This document shows, piece by piece, positions 18,567-30,430 of a DNA stretch of 64,000 nt. Location of the stretch: contig CBDIIB010000002.1 of NCBI GenBank assembly GCA_965279525.1, forward strand, positions 224,001-288,000. The letters run 5' to 3'. The position numbers and the translations under genes were made by a program. Source of the stretch: Tagaea sp. GTDB taxonomy: Bacteria > Pseudomonadota > Alphaproteobacteria > CACIAM-22H2. How positions within the stretch are numbered: the stretch's first letter is position 1; each line of letters opens with the position of its first letter. A model generated the notes under the pieces. That model saw only the letters and a list, made by a program, of their open reading frames with translations. It was not told the origin of the DNA and ran no database searches.

Positions 18567-19256
18567 ATGCAGGCGGTCCCCCTCGAATCGAACCTGCCGG
18601 TGCCCCGCATGACACGTCTCGATATTTCCGACCTCACCGCGCGCGCGAAGTTCGCGGCGGCTCCCTATCGCCACTGGCTGCTGGAGGACGCGTTGCCGCC
18701 CGCGATGGCCCGGGGGCTGGCCGGCCTGCCCGTCCCGGTCGCCGCGGCCGGCGACACGCTGGGCCGGCGCGAGACCAACAATTCGACGCGCGTGTTCCTC
18801 TCGCCGGATTTCCAGCGCCGGCACGCGGCCGCAGCCGAGTTCGCCGCCTCGTTCCAGGACGCCGCCAGTGTCGCGACCCTCGCGAAGCTGACGGGCGCCC
18901 CGCTCGCCGGCGGCTACCTGCGCATCGAATTCTGCCAGGATACCGACGGCTTCTGGCTCGAGCCGCACACCGACATCGGCGCCAAGCTCTATACGATGCT
19001 GTTCTATCTTTCGGACGTGCCGCAGGCCGAAGGCTGGGGAACGGACATCTACGAGACGCCGGAAAGGCATCTCGGGGCCGCGTCGGGCGCCTTCAATCGC
19101 GGGCTGATCTTCGTGCCCGGCAGCGACACGTGGCACGGCTTCAGGCGCCGCCCGATCGCGGGCGTGCGCAAATCCATCATCGTCAACTACGTCAAGGACG
19201 AGTGGCGCGCGCGCGGCGAACTGGCTTTTCCGGACCGGCCCGTCGCGCTCGCCTAG
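18567..19256 (+). CDS. 2OG-Fe(II) oxygenase, substrate unknown
   Basis: PHTD...WHG facial triad and R.S (RKS) 2OG-binding motif. Confidence 0.8.
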   Translation: MQAVPLESNLPVPRMTRLDISDLTARAKFAAAPYRHWLLEDALPPAMARGLAGLPVPVAAAGDTLGRRETNNSTRVFLSPDFQRRHAAAAEFAASFQDAASVATLAKLTGAPLAGGYLRIEFCQDTDGFWLEPHTDIGAKLYTMLFYLSDVPQAEGWGTDIYETPERHLGAASGAFNRGLIFVPGSDTWHGFRRRPIAGVRKSIIVNYVKDEWRARGELAFPDRPVALA

Positions 19257-21181
19257 AACCCGAACATGTGGTCGAGGCTGAAGCGGCCGTCGGATGCCGC
19301 CAGCCCGTGATAGCCGAACAGCCGGCACGTGCGGTCGCGGATCAGCACGTAGCCGCCGTTGCCGGCGCGTGCAAGATCGGCGGCGGAGAACGTCTCGCCC
19401 GTGCGCCACAGCTTCGAGCCCGAGCACGGGATCGCGAGCTTCGATTCGGCGATCTTCGTGCCGGCCGCGTCGTGCAGTTCGAGCGACGTGTCCGACGTCG
19501 CGTGCCACGGCGTCGACGCCGGATAGATCAGATGGCAGAGCGCGTCGTGGCCATCGGTGCCCAGGCGCAGGAACAGCCGCGTCGTCAGGCCCGGCGGGCG
19601 GCCGATATAGGATTGCGGCTCGTTCTTGAAGACGAGGGCCGTGTTGAAGATGTGGCTGCCGAAGCTGGTGTCGGCCCCATGCGCGGGCGCGTTCTTGCGC
19701 GCGTAGCGAAACAGCGCGTGGATCCAGCCGTCACCGGCCCCGCCGTCGCGGAAATCGTAGCTGAGTTCGATATGGCCATAGCCCGACGCCAGCTTCAGCC
19801 CGTCGGTCTCGACGGCGCAGGCATGATCGCGCGCGAGATTGCCGAGGAACTTCTCGCCGGCCGAAGCACCCGACGCGTCATAGAAGCGCGCCACCAGCGG
19901 CAGGCTTGCCTGGCCGCGGGCCATCGGCGTGGGCAGCGCCACGCTCGTGAACTCGCCCTGCGGCAGGATCGGGGCCGGCAGGATGAAACCCTTGCCGAAA
20001 TCCGTGCCGAGCGTCGCGATCTGCGGATCGGGCTTGAGGTCGCTGCGTTCCACGTTGGCGTGCGCGACGTGGCGCTTGCCGGCCCGCTCCACCTCATAGC
20101 GCGGCCGCACGACGAACTTGCCGGCATCCATCTCGATCTGGCGCGGCCAGGCAAGCCCGGGCAGCAACGCGCCCACGTCGACCGCCCGCATGCCGAAAGC
20201 CGGGATCGGCGCGGGCATGGGGACCCACGCGTCGGTACCCATCGCCGAGAACTTCACGCCGTCGGCCGGGATCGCGCAGGAATGGCAGTTCTGTACCCAA
20301 ACGCGCACGCGCTCGCCCGCGGCGGGGGCGGGGATGCCGGCGTAGTAGTCCGACGGCCACGGATTGGCGTCGTGCGTGCAGGTGAGTTCGCTGTCCGACC
20401 AGAAATCGAGCGCGTATTTGAGGACATCGTGGCCGGTCACGTCGATCATGTGGATGAAGAGCTGGCCCTCGAATGAACCGAGGCCGAAGCGTTTGGCCAC
20501 GTCGCGGCTGTCGACGACGAACGCGGCCACACCTTCGTGCAGCTTCTCTTCCCATGTCGCCAGCACCGTGCCGTCGGCGGCGAACAGGCGCAGCCAGGCG
20601 CGTACGTTCTTGGCACCATACCCGGCCCAGTAGTTGGCGCTGACCATGCGCGTGTGGCGCCCGGGCCCTTCGCAGAACAGCACAAGGTTGGTGACGAAAT
20701 TATAGGTCGAGAGATAACGCTTCTTGTCGGTGAGGAATTCGGCCGGGATGCGCATCGCGTCGAGCGTGACGACGCTGGCACCCTTCGGCAGCCACTGTGC
20801 CACCTGCGCCACGAGCGGGTCGGCGTCGAACGCCGCGACGAGCACGCAGGCGGCACCGCTTTTCGCGATCGCGGAAACCGGTGCGACCGTGAAGGCGCCG
20901 ACCTTGCGACCAAGATGCTGGTGGTCGCGCCCGTAGAGGCCGACGAACGACACGCCGGCGAAATCCTGCAGGGCTGTCAGCGTGGCGAACGCGCCGAACG
21001 GGTCGTAGACCGCGACCTTGCCGGCCGCCTTCAGCTTCGCGACGAGGGCGTTTGCCGGTTCGACCGCCAGCGGATGGCCGACCGCGCGGAACAGCGCGTC
21101 GCCACCGGTGCGGTTGTCGAACGTGTCGATGGGCAGGGCGCGGCGCGTCGCGGACGTGCCGGCGGGAAGCGAGTCGGGCAT
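19253..21181 (-). CDS. Hypothetical 642-aa protein (Rossmann-like N-terminus plus four apparent beta-rich modules)
   Basis: Long ORF with host-like codon bias. No family recognised. Confidence 0.75.
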   Translation of the reverse strand: MPDSLPAGTSATRRALPIDTFDNRTGGDALFRAVGHPLAVEPANALVAKLKAAGKVAVYDPFGAFATLTALQDFAGVSFVGLYGRDHQHLGRKVGAFTVAPVSAIAKSGAACVLVAAFDADPLVAQVAQWLPKGASVVTLDAMRIPAEFLTDKKRYLSTYNFVTNLVLFCEGPGRHTRMVSANYWAGYGAKNVRAWLRLFAADGTVLATWEEKLHEGVAAFVVDSRDVAKRFGLGSFEGQLFIHMIDVTGHDVLKYALDFWSDSELTCTHDANPWPSDYYAGIPAPAAGERVRVWVQNCHSCAIPADGVKFSAMGTDAWVPMPAPIPAFGMRAVDVGALLPGLAWPRQIEMDAGKFVVRPRYEVERAGKRHVAHANVERSDLKPDPQIATLGTDFGKGFILPAPILPQGEFTSVALPTPMARGQASLPLVARFYDASGASAGEKFLGNLARDHACAVETDGLKLASGYGHIELSYDFRDGGAGDGWIHALFRYARKNAPAHGADTSFGSHIFNTALVFKNEPQSYIGRPPGLTTRLFLRLGTDGHDALCHLIYPASTPWHATSDTSLELHDAAGTKIAESKLAIPCSGSKLWRTGETFSAADLARAGNGGYVLIRDRTCRLFGYHGLAASDGRFSLDHMFGF

Positions 21182-21222
21182 GCCCGTCTTGTACGCAGGT
21201 CCGGGCCGCGCGGGAAGCCCGT

Positions 21223-22185
21223 TCAGGCCCAGAGCCGCTCGTTCTGCCGGTCGGCGTAAAGGGGGGCGACGAAATCGCCGTAGCCGTTGAAAAGCTGGGT
21301 CGGCACGCGCTGGCCGCCCTTGCCGATCAGCTCCTCGGTCGCCTGGCTCCAGCGCGGATGGGGGACCTTCGGATTGACGTTCGCCCAGAACCCGTACTCC
21401 TTCTCGGCAAGCGACTCCCAGAAGGTCTTGGGCTGCTTGTCGGTGAACACGAAACGCACGAGCGACTTGACCGACTTGAAGCCGTATTTCCACGGCGTGA
21501 TCAGGCGCAAGGGTGCGCCGTGCTGGCGCGGGATCGGCTTGCCGTAGATGCCGGTGGCGATGAAGGCGAGTTCATTGGTCGCCTCGTCGATCGTCAGGCC
21601 CTCGGTGTAGGGCCACGGATACCAGGTGGCGCGCTGGCCAGGGGCGACGGCCGGGTTGTTGAACGTTTCCATCTGCACGTATTTCGCCGCCGACAGCGGC
21701 TTGCACCATTCGACGAACGAGGCGAGCGAGAAGCCGCTCCACGGCACGGTCATCGCCCAGGCTTCCACGCAGCGGAAGCGGTAGACGCGCTCCTCGAGCT
21801 TCATCGCCTTGAAGATGTCGTCGACGTCGACCGTGCGCGGATTCTCGACCAGTCCCTCGATCTTCACCTGCCAGGGGCGGATCGGCAGCTTCTGGGCGGC
21901 CTGCCAGATCGTCTTGGACGTGCCGAATTCGTAGAAGTTGTTGTAGGTCGTCGCGATGCGTTCCTCGGTCAACTCGCGTTCCACGCGATAACGCATGTTG
22001 CGCATCGCGGGATAGAGGCTCGATGTCGGATCGTCGCCGGCAGGGGCCTGGGCATGGGCGGAGGACGCGATGGCGCCGGCGGCAAGGCCCGCACCGGCGG
22101 CCAGCACGTGGCGGCGGGTATAGACGCTCTCGGGGGTGGCATCGCGCTCCGGGATTTCCCAGCCGCGGGTCCGCTTGATCAGCAT
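21223..22185 (-). CDS. msrP: Protein-methionine-sulfoxide reductase catalytic subunit
   Basis: Tat TRRHVL, YNNFYEFG, RFRCVEAW, PWKYGFKS, EYGFWANVNP. Confidence 0.95.
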   Translation of the reverse strand: MLIKRTRGWEIPERDATPESVYTRRHVLAAGAGLAAGAIASSAHAQAPAGDDPTSSLYPAMRNMRYRVERELTEERIATTYNNFYEFGTSKTIWQAAQKLPIRPWQVKIEGLVENPRTVDVDDIFKAMKLEERVYRFRCVEAWAMTVPWSGFSLASFVEWCKPLSAAKYVQMETFNNPAVAPGQRATWYPWPYTEGLTIDEATNELAFIATGIYGKPIPRQHGAPLRLITPWKYGFKSVKSLVRFVFTDKQPKTFWESLAEKEYGFWANVNPKVPHPRWSQATEELIGKGGQRVPTQLFNGYGDFVAPLYADRQNERLWA

Positions 22186-22196
22186 TGCGTGTACTC

Positions 22197-22802
22197 CTAA
22201 ATCGCGCCGTCGCGCCGCTTCTTGCGCAGCACGTCGGCCTGGGCGCGGATCTGCGCCATGTGCGGGTTGAAGACAAGGGCGCGCTCGAACGCGTCGAGCG
22301 CGGCATCGTCGTCGTTTTTTGCGGCGGCAATGAGACCGAGGCCCGACAGCGCCCCGAAATGGCGCGGCTCCAGCGCCACGGTCCGCTCGGCGTCCTTGCG
22401 CGAATCCTCGTAGCGGCCGAGCAAGTAGAGCACGGTGGCGCGCCGGTTCCAGCCTTCGGCATAGTCCGGGCGCAGGTTGACGATGGCGTCGTAGAGCGCG
22501 AAGGCGCCGAACAGGTCGCCGCGCTGCTGGGCGTCGAGGGCCAGCTTCATCAGTGAACCTGCCGCGGGGTCGCCGGGTTCGAGCCAGATCTGCCAGATTG
22601 CCGCTTCGGTGCGGCGGGCTTCGCCGGCGTCCTGCGTGTTCTGGAGGCGGTCGAACAGGCTGTCGAGCCGTCCGTCGGCTTTTTCCGAAGCCGGCTTTTC
22701 CGCAGGCTGGGCGCGCGCGCCGGCCGCGATTCCGGCCGCGAGGCCGAACGCGACGGCGAGGGCCATGAAGGTTCGAAAAGCGCGTTCCATGCGGTCAAGC
22801 AT
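22197..22802 (-). CDS. Exported TPR protein
   Basis: Signal peptide, P.YAEGWNRRAT, EPRHFGALSGLG. Confidence 0.8.
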   Translation of the reverse strand: MLDRMERAFRTFMALAVAFGLAAGIAAGARAQPAEKPASEKADGRLDSLFDRLQNTQDAGEARRTEAAIWQIWLEPGDPAAGSLMKLALDAQQRGDLFGAFALYDAIVNLRPDYAEGWNRRATVLYLLGRYEDSRKDAERTVALEPRHFGALSGLGLIAAAKNDDDAALDAFERALVFNPHMAQIRAQADVLRKKRRDGAI

Positions 22803-22915
22803 GCGGGCATTCGGATTTCCTGTAAAGGCGTCGCCGGGTCCGGCGCTTTACAATTCGCGCCCGCCGGGGTCAAAGTTACGCCCCGTTTCAAGGCCCCCGA
22901 CGTGCCGGAATCGAC

Positions 22916-24001
22916 ATGAGCGTCAACGAGTTCTTCGATCGCGACTATCTGGGCGCCCGAGAGCGGTTTCTGGCCGCCGCGCGCGGCCATTCGGAGCGTT
23001 TCCGGTCGTTCCAGAACCCGCTGCGCGGCCCCCGCGGCGAGCAGCTTTATTGCGACGCGCTGTGGTTTGGCCCGACCGACGCCGAGCGCGTGCTGGTGAC
23101 GATCTCGGCCACGCACGGCATCGAGGGGTTCTGCGGCTCGGGCTGCCAGACCGGCTGGTTTTCCTCCGGCGCCTACCGCGAACTGCCGCCGGGGATTGCC
23201 CAGCTGCACCTGCATGCGGTCAACCCGCATGGGTTCGCGTGGCTGCGGCGCGTCAACGAAGACAATGTCGACCTCAACCGCAACTTCGTCACGCATATCG
23301 GCCCCTACCCCGAGAATCCGGGGTACGAGAAACTTGCTGCGTCGATCGCACCTGCCGAATGGACCGCGGCGTCGCAGGCGGCCTCCAAGGCCGTGTTCGC
23401 GGACTATTCGAAGCGTTTCGGGCCGGCGGCCCTGCAGGCGGCGATCTCGGGCGGGCAGTATTCGCATCCCGAGGGCGTGTTCTTCGGCGGGCATGCACCC
23501 ACCTGGTCGCACCGCGTCATCGCGGCGGTGTTCCGCGACTGGCTCCAGCGCGCCAAGCACGTCGCCATCGTCGATTTCCACACCGGCCTTGGGCCGCGCG
23601 GCTATGGCGAGCTGATCTTCGCACTGCCCGAGCCGCATGCGGGTTTCGCGCGCGCCCTCGACTGGTACGGCTCGGACCTGACCTCGACCGGGATGGGCAC
23701 GTCGACATCGGCGCAGCTATTCGGCACCAACGGCGAAGGCTTCGTGCGGTTCCTCCCCCACGCGCAACTCACCGCGATCGCGCTTGAATACGGCACGCTG
23801 CCGCTCGACGACGTGCTCGATGCCGTGCGCGCCGACAACTGGCTGCATCTATATGCCGACCTCGCTGGCGAGGATTCGCGCCGCATCAAGACGCAGATGC
23901 GCGACGCCTTTGCCCCCAACGACGCGAGCTGGCGCCAGGCGGTGTGGGCGCGCGCCGAAGAGATCCTGCGCAAGACCGCTTTCGGTCTGGCGCGTTCCTG
24001 A
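22916..24001 (+). CDS. M14-type metallopeptidase (DUF2817-like)
   Basis: HGIE, NPHG, RVNEDNVDLNRNF, DFHTG, LEYGT. Confidence 0.85.
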   Translation: MSVNEFFDRDYLGARERFLAAARGHSERFRSFQNPLRGPRGEQLYCDALWFGPTDAERVLVTISATHGIEGFCGSGCQTGWFSSGAYRELPPGIAQLHLHAVNPHGFAWLRRVNEDNVDLNRNFVTHIGPYPENPGYEKLAASIAPAEWTAASQAASKAVFADYSKRFGPAALQAAISGGQYSHPEGVFFGGHAPTWSHRVIAAVFRDWLQRAKHVAIVDFHTGLGPRGYGELIFALPEPHAGFARALDWYGSDLTSTGMGTSTSAQLFGTNGEGFVRFLPHAQLTAIALEYGTLPLDDVLDAVRADNWLHLYADLAGEDSRRIKTQMRDAFAPNDASWRQAVWARAEEILRKTAFGLARS

Positions 24002-24020
24002 ACCGACGAAGGAAATTCCC

Positions 24021-24482
24021 ATGGCATTGCGCGAACGATTTACCGAGACCCTGAAAGAAGCGATGAAGGCCAAGGACACGCTGCGCCTCGAAGCCGTGCG
24101 CATGGCCATCTCCGAGATGAAGAAGCGCGACATCGAGGCGCGCGCCACCGGCAACATGGACGGCATTCCCGACGGCGAGATCCAGTCGATGCTGCAGAAG
24201 ATGATCGTCTCGCGCCGCGACTCGATCGCCCTCTACGAGAAGGGCAACCGGCCGGAGCTCGCCGCCAAGGAAGCCGCCGAGATCGCGATCCTCGAAGGCT
24301 TCCTGCCCAAGCAGATGTCGGCGGCCGAGACCGAGGAAGCCGCGAAGGCCGCCATCGCCGAGGCGGGGGCCACGACGATCCGCGACATGGGCAAGGTCAT
24401 GGCCGCGATGAAGGCCAAGTTCACCGGCCAGATGGATCTGGGCGCGGCATCGGCGGCGGTGAAGAAGCTGCTCGGCGGCTAG
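24021..24482 (+). CDS. GatB/YqeY domain protein
   Basis: LKEAMKAKD, RRDSI..YEKG.R.ELA.KE, FLPKQM, DMGKVM. Confidence 0.93.
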   Translation: MALRERFTETLKEAMKAKDTLRLEAVRMAISEMKKRDIEARATGNMDGIPDGEIQSMLQKMIVSRRDSIALYEKGNRPELAAKEAAEIAILEGFLPKQMSAAETEEAAKAAIAEAGATTIRDMGKVMAAMKAKFTGQMDLGAASAAVKKLLGG

Positions 24483-24483
24483 C

Positions 24484-25110
24484 ATGCTCACGCTCTTTTT
24501 CACGCCGCAGACATGCGCGCTTGCCACGCACATCGCACTCGAAGATGCGGGCGCCGAATTCGCGCTGAAGAAGATCGATTTCTCCAGGGCCGAGCAGCGC
24601 TCGCCGGCGTATCTCGCGGTCAATCCCAAAGGCCGCGTGCCCGCACTCGTCACGCCGCAGGGCGTCCTCACCGAAACGCCGGCGATGCTGGTCTATGTGG
24701 CACAGCTTTTCCCGAGGGCGGGGCTCGCACCGATCGACGATCCGTTCGCCTTCGCGCAAGTCCAGTCGATCAACAGCTATCTGTGTTCCTCGCTCCACGT
24801 GGCGCACGCGCACCGCATGCGCGGCTACCGCTGGGTCGACGCCGGCGACGCGGCGGCGATCGCGGCCATGCAGCGCAAGGTGCCCCAGTCGGTGGGCGAC
24901 TGCTGGGCGCTGGTCGAGGACCACCTGTTCAAGGGGCCATGGGCGACGGGCGAACGCTACTCGATCAGCGACCCCTATCTCTTCACGCTCGCCCAGTGGA
25001 TCGAGGCCGACGGCGTGGACATCGCGCGATTCCCGAAGATTGCGGCCCACCGCGCGCGGATGGCCGCGCGCGCGAGCGTGCAAAAGGCGCTGGCGGCCGA
25101 GGCTGCTTGA
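24484..25110 (+). CDS. Glutathione S-transferase (beta-class-like)
   Basis: NPKGRVPAL, LTETPA, SISDPYLF. Confidence 0.9.
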   Translation: MLTLFFTPQTCALATHIALEDAGAEFALKKIDFSRAEQRSPAYLAVNPKGRVPALVTPQGVLTETPAMLVYVAQLFPRAGLAPIDDPFAFAQVQSINSYLCSSLHVAHAHRMRGYRWVDAGDAAAIAAMQRKVPQSVGDCWALVEDHLFKGPWATGERYSISDPYLFTLAQWIEADGVDIARFPKIAAHRARMAARASVQKALAAEAA

Positions 25111-25219
25111 CCGCTCCCGAGTCGCGGCCTACTTTCCCGCTCCCGCCGAAGCCCGTCGAACTGTCTGTTGATTGCGGGGATAAGTCTTTGGCTCTCAAAC
25201 GGGATTTGGCACGCCCGGC

Positions 25220-27067
25220 ATGGCCTTTCCGCCCTCCTTCCTCGAAGAGCTGCGCGCCCGGCTGACGCTGTCGTCCGTCGTCGGACGGCGCGTGAAGCTC
25301 GCGCGCGCGGGGCGCGAATTCAAGGCGTGCTGCCCGTTCCACAACGAGAAGAGTCCGAGTTTCTACGTCAACGACGACAAGAACTTCTTCCACTGCTTCG
25401 GCTGCGGCGCCCATGGCGACGTGATCGGCTTCACGATGAAGATCGACCATCTCGGCTTTCTCGAGGCGGTCGAGAAACTCGCGACCGAGGCCGGGCTCGA
25501 CGTGCCGCGCATCTCGCCCCAACAGCGTCAGGAGGCCGAGCGCGCCAAGACGCTGGGCGATGCGGTCGAGGCCGCGTGCAAATGGTTCGAAGAGAAGCTG
25601 CGCGCTCCGGAAGGTCGTGGGGCACTTGCGTATCTGCATGAGCGCGGCCTGTCGGACGAGACGATCGACCGCTTCCGTCTGGGATTCGCGCCCGAGGGGC
25701 GGGCACACCTGCAGACGGCGCTGAAGGCGCAAGGTCTCGAGACCGGCCTGCTGCTGGAAGCGGGCCTGATCGGCAAGCCCGACGACGGGCGCGATCCGTT
25801 CGACTTCTTCCGCAACCGGGTGATGTTCCCGATCACCGACCGGCGCGGGCGCGTCATCGCCTTCGGCGGCCGCGTGATGGACGACGGCAAGCCCAAATAT
25901 CTCAACAGCCGCGACACGCCGCTGTTCCACAAGCGCGACAATCTCTACGCGCTCGACAAGGCGCGCGTGGCGGTGGGCGAGCGCAAGGCCAAGGCCCTCG
26001 TCGCGGAAGGCTACATGGACGTGATCGCACTCCATCAGGCGGGCTTCGGCGGGGCGGTCGCGCCGCTGGGCACGGCGCTGACCGACGGGCAGATCCAGGC
26101 CCTGTGGAAGATCCATCCCGAGCCGGTCGTCTGTCTCGACGGCGATGCGGCGGGCCAGCGCGCGGCGCTGAAGGCTGCCGAAGTGGCGCTGCCGCTGCTG
26201 AAGCCCGGCTTCGCGCTGCGCTTTGCCACCCTGCCGCCCGGCGAGGACCCCGACAGCCTGATCAAGCGCGACGGGGCGGCGGCGATGGACAATGTGCTGG
26301 CGCAGGCCAAGGGGCTTGCCGACGTGGTCTGGGCGGCCGAGACCGCCGGCAAGGCGATCGACAGCCCGGACAGGCGCGCGGCCCTCGAAGGCCAGCTGCG
26401 CGAGCGGCTCGTGCGCATTGTCGATCCGACCGTCCGGCGCGCCTACGAAAGCGACTGGATCTACACCAAGCTTCGCGCGCTGGGCCGGCCGGTCTTCGTG
26501 CCGCGTCAGGCCGGGGGCAAGCCCTGGGTCCGGCCGGGATCGGGACCGGTCATGGGCACGCTCCGTTCGGCGGGGGACGTGGGCCTCTTGCGCCTGCGCC
26601 AGGAACAGGTCCTGCTGGCGACCGCGATCAACCATCCGGGCCTGCTGATGGCGGAGGCGGAAGCCGTTGCTTTGGTTGACCTAACCGACCGCCGGCTGGA
26701 GCGTGTGCGCCAGGCATTGGTGGATTGCGCCCACGAGGCGGCCGGGGGCGAGACTCCGCTTGACACGGCCACGCTGATTGCCCACTTATCCCGCGTGGGA
26801 TTGTCCGAGGATGCCCTCCAGCTGACTCGGCCAACCCTTTACGAACACGGGGCTTTTGCCGATCCGACCGCTTCCCCCGAAGCGGCGCGGGCCGGTTTTG
26901 GCCACCTTTTGGCGCTTCTGTCCCGCCGCCGGATGGAAGGCGAGCTGCGCGAAAGCGAGCTCGTACTCGGTCAGGACATGACGGTGGAGAACCTGGCCCG
27001 GGTCGAAGGGCAGGCGGCCCACCTCCGGGCTCAGGTCGCCCAACTGGCGCCCGAGGACGACGGGTAG
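25220..27067 (+). CDS. dnaG: DNA primase
   Basis: CPFH...HCFGC zinc finger, FGGR, KYLNS, EGYMDV, DGD.AG, DPD. Confidence 0.97.
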   Translation: MAFPPSFLEELRARLTLSSVVGRRVKLARAGREFKACCPFHNEKSPSFYVNDDKNFFHCFGCGAHGDVIGFTMKIDHLGFLEAVEKLATEAGLDVPRISPQQRQEAERAKTLGDAVEAACKWFEEKLRAPEGRGALAYLHERGLSDETIDRFRLGFAPEGRAHLQTALKAQGLETGLLLEAGLIGKPDDGRDPFDFFRNRVMFPITDRRGRVIAFGGRVMDDGKPKYLNSRDTPLFHKRDNLYALDKARVAVGERKAKALVAEGYMDVIALHQAGFGGAVAPLGTALTDGQIQALWKIHPEPVVCLDGDAAGQRAALKAAEVALPLLKPGFALRFATLPPGEDPDSLIKRDGAAAMDNVLAQAKGLADVVWAAETAGKAIDSPDRRAALEGQLRERLVRIVDPTVRRAYESDWIYTKLRALGRPVFVPRQAGGKPWVRPGSGPVMGTLRSAGDVGLLRLRQEQVLLATAINHPGLLMAEAEAVALVDLTDRRLERVRQALVDCAHEAAGGETPLDTATLIAHLSRVGLSEDALQLTRPTLYEHGAFADPTASPEAARAGFGHLLALLSRRRMEGELRESELVLGQDMTVENLARVEGQAAHLRAQVAQLAPEDDG

Positions 27068-27184
27068 GCGCCATAGGGTAGGGGAAGAGTTTCAATTGGG
27101 CAGGGACGCGCGCCCGCGACGAGCGCGTCACGCCGACCGGTCACCGACGTTTTTCCAGTACGTTCCCGCGCGAGGCCATCAAAG

Positions 27185-29227
<2,043 letters not shown>

Positions 29228-29253
29228 GCGGCCCTACGTGAGCGGGACGGGTG

Positions 29254-30147
29254 TCAGCTCGTCCGCGCCACGTCCATCGTCACGCCACCGCTGAGGATGT
29301 CGCCCGGGTCGAGGCTGCGCGTGCCCGTGTTCGCGATCCCGCGTGCGGCGAGGTTGAAGCCGTCGGCGACGTGGCTGACCGGTTCGACGCAGATATAGTC
29401 GATGCCGGCCGGCCGGTGCAGCACCAGGTGCGACAGCACCGGATCGGCACTCAGGCGCACCGAGACGCCCGTCCCGGTCTCGAACGCGCAGCTGCCGTTC
29501 CATTCGCCGAAATAGAGCGTGGTGCCGGTCGGATCGAGATCGACCGGTGAGTCCGCGGGGGACCGTCGGTCGACCTTGCCAGTTGCGACGTTGTCGACAC
29601 TCTGGTCCCAGCAAGTACCGGCCTTGAAGGTGATGCGCGGGCTGCCCTTGATCGGGAAATAGGGATGCCAGCCGAATCCGGCCGGGGCGGGCCGCGCGTC
29701 GCGGTTGGCGAACGCGAACGCGACGGTCAGCCGCGTGCCCGAAAGCTGGATGCGCTGTTCGACCATGAAGCGCCACGGCCATTCGCCCGTGCCGTCATGC
29801 TCGTAGACGAGCGTGGCGCGGTCGGCGCCCTGCTCTGCCACCTGCCACGGCGTCCGGTGGGCATGGCCGTGCACGGTATGCGGCAGCGCATCCGGGTGCG
29901 GCGGCAGGTCGTGCGTCTGGCCGCGGAAGGCGAGGCGCGCGTCGGCGATGCGGTTGGAATAGGGGGCAAGCGGGTAAGCACCCGCCTTTGGCCAGCGCGG
30001 CGGCAGCACGGGGGGGCCGACCAGCGGGACAAGTACGTCGAGCGGCCGGGCGGGGTCGTCGACGAGGCGCAAGGCGACGATGCGCCCGCCCAGTTCCGGC
30101 ATCAGCTCGGCAACGAGCGGGCCGGACGCGATTCGGAAGCTTTCCAT
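29254..30147 (-). CDS. Aldose 1-epimerase family protein
   Basis: PYSNRI, HG, FGWHPYF, ICVEP. Confidence 0.85.
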   Translation of the reverse strand: MESFRIASGPLVAELMPELGGRIVALRLVDDPARPLDVLVPLVGPPVLPPRWPKAGAYPLAPYSNRIADARLAFRGQTHDLPPHPDALPHTVHGHAHRTPWQVAEQGADRATLVYEHDGTGEWPWRFMVEQRIQLSGTRLTVAFAFANRDARPAPAGFGWHPYFPIKGSPRITFKAGTCWDQSVDNVATGKVDRRSPADSPVDLDPTGTTLYFGEWNGSCAFETGTGVSVRLSADPVLSHLVLHRPAGIDYICVEPVSHVADGFNLAARGIANTGTRSLDPGDILSGGVTMDVARTS

Positions 30148-30248
30148 TCCCCCATCCTGCCGCGCCGGACGGGGAAAGTGGCGGATTTTTCATACCCTTG
30201 GCGGGGAGCCGCCCCTCGGCTAGAACGGGCTGTACCGCATCCCGGAAG

Positions 30249-30321
30249 GGGCCCGTAGTTCAGCGGTCAGAACGCGCCGCTCATAACGGTGTTGTCGCAG
30301 GTTCGAATCCTGCCGGGCCCA
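30249..30321 (+). tRNA. tRNA with CAT anticodon, most likely tRNA-Ile2 (lysidine); CCA not fully encoded
   Basis: Acceptor stem GGGCCCG/CGGGCCC, CT-CAT-AA loop at 30280-30286, GGTTCGAATCC T-arm. Resembles ileX and lies downstream of rpoD. Confidence 0.92.
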
Positions 30322-30430
30322 CCGGCGCATGTCCCGATCGCCCGCCATGAATGGCAGTTTCACCGGCTGGCGGTGCTTGCGCGCTTCGCCGATCCTCGCG
30401 GTCCTTCAACCCGACCAAGCGAGGACTGCG

